Shown here: positions 46,077 through 53,460 of the stretch, piece by piece
Position numbering within the stretch: the first letter of the stretch is position 1
Layout: each line of letters opens with the position of its first letter
Origin: Patescibacteria group bacterium
GTDB taxonomy: Bacteria; Patescibacteriota; UBA1384; 2-12-FULL-50-11
NCBI GenBank assembly: GCA_040900165.1
Contig: JBBDZM010000009.1
Coordinates: 18,636-80,442, forward strand
DNA: 61,807 bases
Direction: 5' to 3'
Position numbers and translations under genes: made by a program
Notes under the pieces: generated by a model
Seen by the model: the letters and a program-made list of their open reading frames with translations, nothing else
Database searches by the model: none
What the model was told of the DNA's origin: nothing

Positions 46077-46469
46077 CTACCCAAGCGCTTGAGCTGGCTC
46101 GGAGTACTCCGCTGCCAGCTGCTCAACAATCAAACCAATCACTTTCGGTAGGTTGGCGTCCAACGCCGGCAGATCGAATTTGTCGATTTCAATCTGCCTG
46201 TTGTTGCAGAGCAGGTGCATTGCCTCAACGACAATAATCACTGCTTCATGCTTAAAGGTGCCTATTCCAATCCGGCGATTTTCCACCCAACACTCAAGTT
46301 GATACCATTGCTGGTCGTTGAGATTGCGTCGCAATCGACGGACAATCCCATCGCAGTCCTCGTCCAGTTGATCGGCGGCCAAGGTGACGCAGTAGTCACA
46401 GGCAAAGCCAAATCGTCCCAGTTCAGTCAGCGTGCCCTTGCACGCAACGCAAATGTTGTTGATTTCCAT
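46077..46469 (-). CDS. Hypothetical Cys-rich protein
   Basis: CVAC...CDYC pairs near the N-terminus (zinc-ribbon-like). Start uncertain (46469 or 46493). Confidence 0.45.
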   Translation of the reverse strand: MEINNICVACKGTLTELGRFGFACDYCVTLAADQLDEDCDGIVRRLRRNLNDQQWYQLECWVENRRIGIGTFKHEAVIIVVEAMHLLCNNRQIEIDKFDLPALDANLPKVIGLIVEQLAAEYSEPAQALG

Positions 46470-46619
46470 GTACAAACGAGCCTCTGCTGCCAAGTTTACT
46501 GCGGCTAAATACGATAATCAACAGTCTTTGGGCAGTTTTTGAATATGCGTTTAAATGCGGGAAAAATATAACTTCTGAACCTTGAATAGTCGAGGAATAT
46601 TATCTATAATTTTGCCGAG

Positions 46620-46958
46620 GTGTATCTTACATTGGCAACAGACATTAAACTACCCAACTTGCAGTCGGAGGATTTCTGGAAAGTTTGCAGAGAAAAATTC
46701 CCCAAGGAGCATGACTGGCTGGTCTCGCTTGTAAAATCATTCCGAGTGAAAGGACTTAAAAACGTGCTACTTGACGACCGTCGTATGCAGCATCAAATCG
46801 AAAGCTGTCAATTTGCCGAAAAGCTTGGTCTCGTGACGTTCTCGGAAATCGGTTCGGACGAAGCGCAGTACACCGGCTGGGTTTACACTCCTACCGAGTT
46901 GGGCAAAAAGGTCTTTTTGGATCCGAACGCACCAACTGTGTATGTCCTTCCGGGCTAA
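46620..46958 (+). CDS. Hypothetical protein
   Basis: 112-aa ORF with GTG start. No motif recognised. Confidence 0.4.
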   Translation: MYLTLATDIKLPNLQSEDFWKVCREKFPKEHDWLVSLVKSFRVKGLKNVLLDDRRMQHQIESCQFAEKLGLVTFSEIGSDEAQYTGWVYTPTELGKKVFLDPNAPTVYVLPG

Positions 46959-47058
46959 AGATTTCACTTGCCGCATGGTTCGCCCAGCGGCTTTTTCTTT
47001 ACCAAAAAGCCCCCACCAGTTGGCAGAGGGGCTAATTTGTTTTTAAAAAGTTTAAGAG

Positions 47059-47445
47059 TTACTTTAACTCTACGGTTGCGCCAGCTTCTTCGAGCTTGGC
47101 TTTAGCGGCTTCGGCGTCTTCTTTTTTCATCACACCAAGCTCTTTAGGAGCGGCATCAGCCAGGTCTTTAGCTTCTTTAAGGCCAAGGTCCGGTTTGATT
47201 TCGCGGATTGCTTTAATAACAGCAATCTTTTGGTCGCCAGAGGCGGCTAGCACCACTTGGTACTCGCTCTTCTCTTCGGCGGCTTCAGCACCGGCGGCGG
47301 CACCAGCGGCTGGGGCGGCTCCGGCAGCCATCATCGGCATGGCCGATACACCAAATTTCTCTTCCAAGCCTTTAACCAGCTCGGACAATTCCATTACGGA
47401 CAACTTCTCTACTTCTGCAATAATTTTTTCTACTTTTTCTGCCAT
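47059..47445 (-). CDS. rplL: 50S ribosomal protein L7/L12
   Basis: Ala-rich hinge, C-terminal [21 protein letters not shown]. Confidence 0.95.
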   Translation of the reverse strand: MAEKVEKIIAEVEKLSVMELSELVKGLEEKFGVSAMPMMAAGAAPAAGAAAGAEAAEEKSEYQVVLAASGDQKIAVIKAIREIKPDLGLKEAKDLADAAPKELGVMKKEDAEAAKAKLEEAGATVELK

Positions 47446-47518
47446 GTTATTCTCCTTTATTCCTTAAATTATTTATTATTCTAGGTCGTTGTATGGGATA
47501 TACCCCATACAATGCTTT

Positions 47519-48049
47519 TTAGCTTTTCTCTCCCTTGCTTACTTCAACTGCCTTTACCACAAAAGCAAATTGCTGGAGTGGGAAGTTCAAGTTGTAAACC
47601 AAGCCCTGGATTAAGCCAGCCAGTCGGCCAACTACTTGAGCTTGCAGGGTTTCTTTGTTTGGAAGCGAGGCCAGGGTTTTAACATCGGCGGCGCTGAAGA
47701 ATTTGCCGTCAATCCAACCACCCAATACTTCTAACGCTTCGGTTTCTTTGGCGAAATCTGCCAGCAATTTGGCGGCGGTAACTTCGTCCTCAAAACCGTA
47801 GGCCAAGGCCAGCTGACGGGACGGGATCTCCAGCTCTTTGTCTAGGCCGAGGTTCTTCAAAACCAGCTTCAACAGGTTGTTGGAGAGCATTTTCAGCTTG
47901 CCGTTTTGCTCAAACGCTTTATCACGCAGCTGCAAGTTGGCTTGGGCGTTCAAGTTTTGGTAGGCCACAATTAAGCTAATCCGGGATTCTTTTAGCTCCC
48001 CGACTAACTTTTCAACTAAACTTTCTTTTTGGGCTCGTAATATCGGCAT
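47519..48049 (-). CDS. rplJ: 50S ribosomal protein L10
   Basis: Position upstream of rplL plus an L10-like sequence. ATG 48049 follows gagga. Confidence 0.88.
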   Translation of the reverse strand: MPILRAQKESLVEKLVGELKESRISLIVAYQNLNAQANLQLRDKAFEQNGKLKMLSNNLLKLVLKNLGLDKELEIPSRQLALAYGFEDEVTAAKLLADFAKETEALEVLGGWIDGKFFSAADVKTLASLPNKETLQAQVVGRLAGLIQGLVYNLNFPLQQFAFVVKAVEVSKGEKS

Positions 48050-48295
48050 TGGTATCCTCAATTAAAATCGACGCTCAAAGATGACGTCGCGTAAGCTTCG
48101 TCCTCGGCCAGAGATTAAGGCGTCGAGCGCCGCTGGCTTTCTTTGGAACGAAATAATTATCGCAAAATAGCAGTGGAACGTCAATTAGTTATTAGTCGGC
48201 AAGATCTGCCGACTAAATGGCCAGGATGCCATTTAGTCGTATATTGCAGCTTGATAAGCAATAAAATTAGTAATAAGTTCGTCCTAGAGGAATTT

Positions 48296-48676
48296 ATGCA
48301 CTTTTCACTAGAAAAAGCACTGTCGATGGCTATTTCCAAAGCTCAAGATGCCAGCGACAATGCCCCACAAAACGGCGCTACCAGTACGGATGAGCAGCAA
48401 TGCCTCAATATTCTCTGCTGGCTCAAGCAAGACTTGGAGCCAATCTTTTGTAGATTCGATGGAGGAATCGAATGGGTTGAGGTTACCATCGCCCGACCCT
48501 ATATCTCGCCGGCGGTTTATCGAATCTCCATCAAGCTCAAGGGCGGTAAGAAATTGAAAGGCAACTTCTTTAAAGCGATGCAATTTATCGCCCACTTCAA
48601 ATCCATGGAAGCCCCTGGTGACGAAAACGACCCAGCTGGCTTTTGGAGAGGAACATCGTCTATTGTTTTAGTTTGA
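48296..48676 (+). CDS. Hypothetical protein inserted between rplA and rplJ on the opposite strand
   Basis: ATG 48296 follows agagga. 126 aa with its own terminator. No motif recognised. Confidence 0.45.
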   Translation: MHFSLEKALSMAISKAQDASDNAPQNGATSTDEQQCLNILCWLKQDLEPIFCRFDGGIEWVEVTIARPYISPAVYRISIKLKGGKKLKGNFFKAMQFIAHFKSMEAPGDENDPAGFWRGTSSIVLV

Positions 48677-48679
48677 ATG

Positions 48680-48707
48680 AGCCGCGCTTTCAGCGCGGCT
48701 TCTTTCT
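48680..48707 (+). terminator. Intrinsic terminator
   Basis: agccgcgc-tttca-gcgcggct followed by tctttct. Confidence 0.65.
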
Positions 48708-48710
48708 AAT

Positions 48711-48755
48711 TAACAAAAAGGCGGCCGTGTCCCAGGGAGGGGGACAACGGCCGCT
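48711..48755 (-). terminator. Strong intrinsic terminator on the minus strand, 180 nt downstream of rplA
   Basis: 13-bp interrupted stem gcggccgt-gtccc..gggac-acggccgc, followed on the minus strand by tttttgttaa. Confidence 0.65.
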
Positions 48756-48935
48756 GGATGCCTGGTAGACCGGGGGGTGGCGGTACTACCATTCTTGCGA
48801 TTCGGCCGGAGTGCGGATTGGCCTATTCGCGGAGAGTCCGCTGTCGTCGGCAACGGACATTCGTGCCAGTGTTGGGTCTGGCAGCTGAACAGAAAAATTT
48901 TACCCCAAAGTTTATCTGGAGTCAATGGCTGGACC
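48756..48935 (-). other. GC-rich structured 3' region of rplA, or an independent small RNA
   Basis: No ORF. Several mutually exclusive stems of 8 bp or more (ggtagaccg..cggtactacc, cctggtagacc..ggtctggcag). Confidence 0.35.
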
Positions 48936-49844
48936 TTACTTGGCTTTAATTAAATCCAGGGAAACTGATGGCGCCATGCTGGCGGTGAGATAAGCAGCAG
49001 CGACTCGTGAGAGTTGAAAACCAGAGAGAATGGCGTTGATGTTTTCGGCCAATTTCTGGCTGTCCCACGAGCATTTACCAACAAGCTGGTGGATATTATT
49101 GGCGGCATCGATCCGATACTCAATTTTACCGGAGTTAATCTCCGCAATCGCCTTTTTAGGATCATCGGTAACGGTTCCGGACTTTGGGTCGGGCATTAAG
49201 CCACGTGGCCCTAAAATCTTGGCAATTTTGCCAACTTTCGGCATCAATTCGGGTGTGGCAATGGCAATATCAAAGTCGATCTTTTTGGTTTTGGCAATCT
49301 GTTCAATTTTCGCCTCGTCCAAAACGATAATGTTTTTGATTTTCCCGGAGCCGTGCGGCAGGTGAAAAATGCCTTTGGTTGATTCGTTTCCAGATTTGGC
49401 TTTCTTTTTAGTTAATTTTAAATGTAGCTCCACCGAGCCATCAAATCTGGAGTAAGAAGCGGCTTTGACCAGTTCAATTGCTTCGTTAACGCTGTAGAGT
49501 TTGCCTTTTTCAATCTGCTCGCTGGCTTTAATGTGCTTCGGCGAGCGTTTTGATTTTGGCTGGGGTTTTTCTTTTTTTACGGCATTTTTTACCGGTTTGA
49601 CGCCTTTGGGAATGTCTTGATTAAGAGCTTGAGCAGACTCGTTGTCTTCGTGGATGGCGGCCACTTCGGCTGGTATTACTGTGTCGGCATCGGCGGCCTG
49701 TTCGGCAATTAGGCCTTTTTCGGCTTGCTCGTCGAGGTTAATCTCGGCCTCAACAGCGTTGTCGGGTTCGTTTACTAATACCTCCGCTTCGTTTTTAGCG
49801 GCTTTTTCGTCGGCAACTGGATTATTTTTTAATTTCTTTGGCAT
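48936..49844 (-). CDS. rplA: 50S ribosomal protein L1 with an acidic N-terminal extension of about 95 aa
   Basis: The canonical L1 core begins near KSKRSPKHIKASEQIEKGKLYSVNEAIELVK and includes HLPHGSGK and GPRGLMP. There is no in-frame ATG, GTG or TTG near the canonical start, and the frame stays open to ATG 49844. Confidence 0.85.
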   Translation of the reverse strand: MPKKLKNNPVADEKAAKNEAEVLVNEPDNAVEAEINLDEQAEKGLIAEQAADADTVIPAEVAAIHEDNESAQALNQDIPKGVKPVKNAVKKEKPQPKSKRSPKHIKASEQIEKGKLYSVNEAIELVKAASYSRFDGSVELHLKLTKKKAKSGNESTKGIFHLPHGSGKIKNIIVLDEAKIEQIAKTKKIDFDIAIATPELMPKVGKIAKILGPRGLMPDPKSGTVTDDPKKAIAEINSGKIEYRIDAANNIHQLVGKCSWDSQKLAENINAILSGFQLSRVAAAYLTASMAPSVSLDLIKAK

Positions 49845-50406
49845 TGAAAGTGGTTGACTCAATTGTTCCTTTGTCTAACGATTTTAACAGATAGGAAGAG
49901 GCTTGGTCAATGATAGTTGCTAGCTCATCTTGCTCGGCATCGGTAAACGGCGATAAGACAAATCGGGCAAGATCGAATCCAACGTATTTGGGCTTGCCGA
50001 TCCCCACTCGCATCCGCCAGTATTTATTGCCAATAGCTTTGTCGATCGATTTAATGCCGTTGTGCCCAGCCGAAGTGCCAGCGTATTTAACCCGGATTTC
50101 ACCGAATGGGATCTCGGTGTCGTCGTGGATTATCCAGAGGTCTTTGGTGTCGGCATCGCGGTAAAAATCAAATACTTGGCGAATCGCATCGCCGGAGTTG
50201 TTCATATAGCCCAGCGGCAATGTTAGTACCACCTCGTCGTCCTTGCGTTTAGTTTTGAAATACATATTGGCCCGATACGTGCTGGCGTCTTCTAGAAAAT
50301 TGAGCCCCAATTTATTGGCTAAATCGATAACGATCCGATACCCGATATTGTGTCGGGTATTTTTATACTCTTCGGTCGGGTTGCCTAAACCGGCGATAAC
50401 TAACAT
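49822..50406 (-). CDS. pth: Peptidyl-tRNA hydrolase
   Basis: GLGNPTEEYKNTRHNIG, GHNGIKS. Confidence 0.93.
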   Translation of the reverse strand: MLVIAGLGNPTEEYKNTRHNIGYRIVIDLANKLGLNFLEDASTYRANMYFKTKRKDDEVVLTLPLGYMNNSGDAIRQVFDFYRDADTKDLWIIHDDTEIPFGEIRVKYAGTSAGHNGIKSIDKAIGNKYWRMRVGIGKPKYVGFDLARFVLSPFTDAEQDELATIIDQASSYLLKSLDKGTIESTTFNAKEIKK

Positions 50407-50723
50407 TAACCACCCAGACCCGGTAAGTTCATGTCTTTGAGCAGCGGCTGCATGCGGGTAGCAGATTCGGTCTGGGCCCGGCTCATGGCTTGGCCGATGG
50501 TTTCTTTAATGGCCATTTCCAAGCGAGTTTTGTTCTCCGGTTTGAGTGCTTCTTCGGCGATGGTAATTGAGACCAGTTTCATCTCGCCACTGACAACGGC
50601 GTTAACCGTGCCGTCAGCCGAGCTAGCCTCGATCTCCATGGCTTTGAGCTCTTTTTGCATTTGTTTGGCCTTTTTTTGCAAAGAGTAGAGCTCTTTCATC
50701 TGGCCGAAATTTGGGATTGCCAT
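50406..50723 (-). CDS. YbaB/EbfC family nucleoid-associated protein
   Basis: MKELYSLQKKAKQMQKELKAMEIEASSADGTV...V. Its stop overlaps the pth start. Confidence 0.88.
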   Translation of the reverse strand: MAIPNFGQMKELYSLQKKAKQMQKELKAMEIEASSADGTVNAVVSGEMKLVSITIAEEALKPENKTRLEMAIKETIGQAMSRAQTESATRMQPLLKDMNLPGLGG

Positions 50724-50867
50724 ACGCGTTCCTTTCGAGGTTTATTTACTTCCCTATTCTACTCTTAACCGAGCAGAAAATAAAGATTACAGAAAATAAT
50801 AAATAAAATATAATAGCTAATAAATATTGAGTCGCTCTGCGACACCTTAATTATTATCTTATATCTA

Positions 50868-51845
50868 TTATCTATTCTTCACTGCTTGCCACTTGGCATA
50901 GCTCTCTAAAAATGGCTCGATTTTGCCATCTAGAGTATCTATCGTGGCGCTGGTTTCGTAGCCGCTGCGCAAGTCCTTAACCATTTGGTAGGGCTGGAGC
51001 ACGTAGGAACGGATTTGATTGCCCCAGGAGGCTAAGATTGAGCCGCCTTTTAGGTCACTTTGCTCCACTCGCCGCTTAGCGTCTTCCAAAATCTGTAGTT
51101 TGGCTTGGAGTATTTTCATTGCCTGCTGTTTGTTTTGTAGTTGACTGCGCTCGTTCTGGCAGGTAACAACAATCTTACTCGGTACGTGAGTGATTCGCAC
51201 CGCTGAATCGGTGGTGTTAACGCCCTGCCCCCCGTGGCCGCCGGCGCGAAAGACATCGATTCGTAGATCCTCGGGTTTAATCACAAAATCGTCGTCGTCA
51301 GTTTCCGGGACAACCTCCACTAGCGCAAACGAAGTATGGCGAGATTTGCTCGCATCAAACGGGCTAATCCGCACTAACCGGTGGACGCCGTTCTCGCCTT
51401 TGAGCTTGCCGTAAGCGCGGAAGCCTTTGAGATAAAGGGTGGCGCTCTTGATGCCGGCTTCCTCGCCGGTTGATTTGTCGAGTAGCTCGGCCTTAAAACT
51501 AGCCTGTTCGGCGTAGCGGCTGTACATTCGCAGCAGCATTTCCGCCCAATCCTGGGCTTCGGTGCCGCCCGAGCCAGCGTGAACCGATAGATAGCAGTTG
51601 GCGTTATCGTGCTTGCCGGTAAAGATGGCTTCTTTCTCTAGTTCGTCCAGCTCGTGTTCAGACTCGGCGACTTCGTATTTTAAAATAAAATCCTCCAAGT
51701 GTTTGAGCTCTTGAGCGGCTTTGCCGGCTTTCTCGTGATCCGACCAAAAATCCGGGTCTTTCATCTGCTCGGTAATCGCCTCCAGCCGAGCTTGCTTGCC
51801 CGGAATATCGAGGATTTTGGCTAGTTCGGCCTTGCGTTCGGTCAT
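50868..51845 (-). CDS. prfB: Peptide chain release factor 2, single uninterrupted ORF
   Basis: SPF tripeptide (RISPFDA), GGQ (GGHGGQGVN). No CTT TGA frameshift site upstream. Confidence 0.92.
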   Translation of the reverse strand: MTERKAELAKILDIPGKQARLEAITEQMKDPDFWSDHEKAGKAAQELKHLEDFILKYEVAESEHELDELEKEAIFTGKHDNANCYLSVHAGSGGTEAQDWAEMLLRMYSRYAEQASFKAELLDKSTGEEAGIKSATLYLKGFRAYGKLKGENGVHRLVRISPFDASKSRHTSFALVEVVPETDDDDFVIKPEDLRIDVFRAGGHGGQGVNTTDSAVRITHVPSKIVVTCQNERSQLQNKQQAMKILQAKLQILEDAKRRVEQSDLKGGSILASWGNQIRSYVLQPYQMVKDLRSGYETSATIDTLDGKIEPFLESYAKWQAVKNR

Positions 51846-51895
51846 ATCCCCTATCTTAAACCAGATAGAAGACTAAAGAAACTGACCCGATGGGA

Positions 51896-52045
51896 TCAGC
51901 TAAATATTCGTGGTGGACCAAGTGGTCGCTGACGCTGCTTGGATGTCAGGCGAGTTTTGCGCCGCCACACCTTCATATCGTTCTGGGCTTTGTGAATCGC
52001 TTTTTTTACGCGATCTAGTGTCTTTTTGTCTAAGTCGAGTGACAT
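51896..52045 (-). CDS. Possible 49-aa basic ORF
   Basis: ATG 52045 follows ggag. The longer track ORF runs through a terminator repeat, so only the short form is plausible. Confidence 0.3.
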   Translation of the reverse strand: MSLDLDKKTLDRVKKAIHKAQNDMKVWRRKTRLTSKQRQRPLGPPRIFS

Positions 52046-52079
52046 AATATAAGGTACTCCAGAATCAATATAGATATTT

Positions 52080-52134
52080 TTGGGTAACAAAAAAGACCCC
52101 GTTTTCACGAGGTCTAATTTGTTTGTTTGTTTTT
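52080..52134 (-). repeat. 55-bp perfect direct repeat, copy 1, containing a minus-strand intrinsic terminator
   Basis: Identical to 52720-52774. On the minus strand it reads agacctcg-tgaaaa-cggggtct followed by tttttgtt. Confidence 0.85.
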
Positions 52135-52165
52135 TAGACAACAACACCACCACCCCCTTAAAACA

Positions 52166-52193
52166 CAGACTATCTGATATATCAGATAGTCTG
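52166..52193. promoter_or_regulatory. Perfect 28-bp palindrome sharing the ATCTGATATATCAGAT motif with the XRE gene upstream region
   Basis: cagactatctgata|tatcagatagtctg, 5 nt beyond the XRE stop codon. Confidence 0.6.
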
Positions 52194-52197
52194 CCTA

Positions 52198-52554
52198 TCA
52201 ATCTTTGACAAGTTTTTTGTCTGATATTCTCAGTATCAACTCCACCCCAATCGCCCGGCAGTAGCGATCAATAAATTTCAGTGTCGGATTGTCTCTCCCC
52301 GTCTCGAAATAAGATATGTAGGACTGGCTGGTCCGCAATTTCTTTGCAACAGCTTGTTGGGTTAGGCGCTTGCTTCGCCTACGCGACACCAAATAGGTTA
52401 TGTACTCGTCTGGTTTGGGATTGATTGATTTGGGTTTTGGACGAGATGGGCTTTTCTCACCCTTCATTCGCTTAGCTCTGGCACTACTGTAATATTTCTT
52501 CGATCCTAAATGAAATAATTGACTAAGCTCGCTTTCACCCGACGTTTCTGTCAT
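52198..52554 (-). CDS. XRE-family helix-turn-helix transcriptional regulator with a Lys/Pro-rich N-terminal extension
   Basis: LTQQAVAKKLRTSQSYISYFETGRDNPTLKFIDRYCRAIG matches the HTH_3 pattern. Confidence 0.8.
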   Translation of the reverse strand: MTETSGESELSQLFHLGSKKYYSSARAKRMKGEKSPSRPKPKSINPKPDEYITYLVSRRRSKRLTQQAVAKKLRTSQSYISYFETGRDNPTLKFIDRYCRAIGVELILRISDKKLVKD

Positions 52555-52633
52555 CGATTTTTACCTGATTTCTAACATTACATTCGTTATTAATTGTAAT
52601 TACTAAATATTTATTTGAAATATAATCTCTTTT

Positions 52634-52666
52634 ATCTGATATATAGTATATATGATATATCAGATA
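52634..52666. promoter_or_regulatory. Inverted repeat operator candidate upstream of the XRE gene
   Basis: tatctgatatat-gtatatatg-atatatcagata (12-bp arms, 9-nt spacer), 80-110 nt upstream of ATG 52554. Confidence 0.55.
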
Positions 52667-52719
52667 CTCTGAGGGGTAGACGGTGCGAATAATAAAATAA
52701 TTAATAACTAAATAATGAA

Positions 52720-52774
52720 TTGGGTAACAAAAAAGACCCCGTTTTCACGAGGTCTAATTTGTTTGTTTGTTTTT
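52720..52774 (-). repeat. 55-bp perfect direct repeat, copy 2, terminator of the Ala/Ser-rich gene
   Basis: Identical to 52080-52134. Overlaps the stop codon at 52773-52775 by 2 nt. Confidence 0.85.
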
Positions 52775-53327
52775 AGGCAAACAAAGCAGCTTCTTTACGA
52801 GCCAATACGTAGCGTCGGAAGGCAGCCGCAAAGGCTGTCATCGCGCCAGGCAGTAAAGCAACTTCGGCACCGGCTGCTGGCAAGCGGTTAGTCTTGCTAG
52901 TTTGGGCAACCGTTACGCAACTGGTCTTAGCGACGGCAGCTGCGCTGGAACTGGAACCAGCACTGGCACTAGCACCGGAAGCACTGGCGGCAGCTGCAGA
53001 TGCAGCGGCAGCGGAAGCACTTGGGCAAGTAACCTGTTTGGTAACAGTTTTTTCTGTCTTAACTGTCTTGCCGTCATTTTTGACGGTGGCAACAGCGACA
53101 GAGCTCGAACTAGAGCTCGAAGCGGCAGAGCTAGAAGCACCGTTACCAGAGCTGGCCGAAGCCGCACCGGAGGCACCACTAGCAGCAGCCGCACCGCCAG
53201 AGCCGCCAATAACGACAGCCGAGGTGGTTGAGCTTGTAGAGCTAGAGCTTGTTGACGCAGCCATTGCTGAACCGGCAAAACCGGCAGCCAAAACAACGCC
53301 AAACAGTGAAAGAATAATTTTATTCAT
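52773..53327 (-). CDS. Ala/Ser-rich low-complexity surface protein with an LPxxG-type sorting signal
   Basis: Signal peptide MNKIILSLFGVVLAAGFAGSAMA follows aaggag. About 120 aa of A/S/G repeats. C-terminal LPAAG, then the hydrophobic stretch AEVALLPGAMTAFAAAF, then RRYVLARKE. Confidence 0.7.
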   Translation of the reverse strand: MNKIILSLFGVVLAAGFAGSAMAASTSSSSTSSTTSAVVIGGSGGAAAASGASGAASASSGNGASSSAASSSSSSSVAVATVKNDGKTVKTEKTVTKQVTCPSASAAAASAAAASASGASASAGSSSSAAAVAKTSCVTVAQTSKTNRLPAAGAEVALLPGAMTAFAAAFRRYVLARKEAALFA

Positions 53328-53416
53328 CAATTATTTCTCCTTTTGTTAATTCATCTACATTCCCAACCAATTCGACCTGTACGCTTGCGCGCAGGATTAG
53401 TTAGGTATGGAATGAA

Positions 53417-53442
53417 CCGAGTCGCGCGGATGCGCGACTCGG
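53417..53442 (-). terminator. 11-bp perfect hairpin downstream of the 53461-54237 gene
   Basis: ccgagtcgcgc-ggat-gcgcgactcgg. The minus-strand trailing sequence ttcattcc is only weakly U-rich. Confidence 0.4.
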
Positions 53443-53460
53443 CAAGGAAAGGAAGTGGCT

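Noticed and set aside
48062-48142. Ribosomal protein L10 leader upstream of rplJ
   Set aside because: A small hairpin (cgacg..cgtcg) exists, but I cannot verify the kink-turn/L10-binding mimic by eye. It needs the Rfam L10_leader model.
52894-53349. Several long ORFs on both strands over 52894-53349, and 53343-53897 in alternative frames
   Set aside because: They are frame artefacts of GC-rich Ala/Ser/Gly codon repeats. Only the minus-strand frames with a signal peptide, an RBS (aaggag) and a sorting signal make biological sense.
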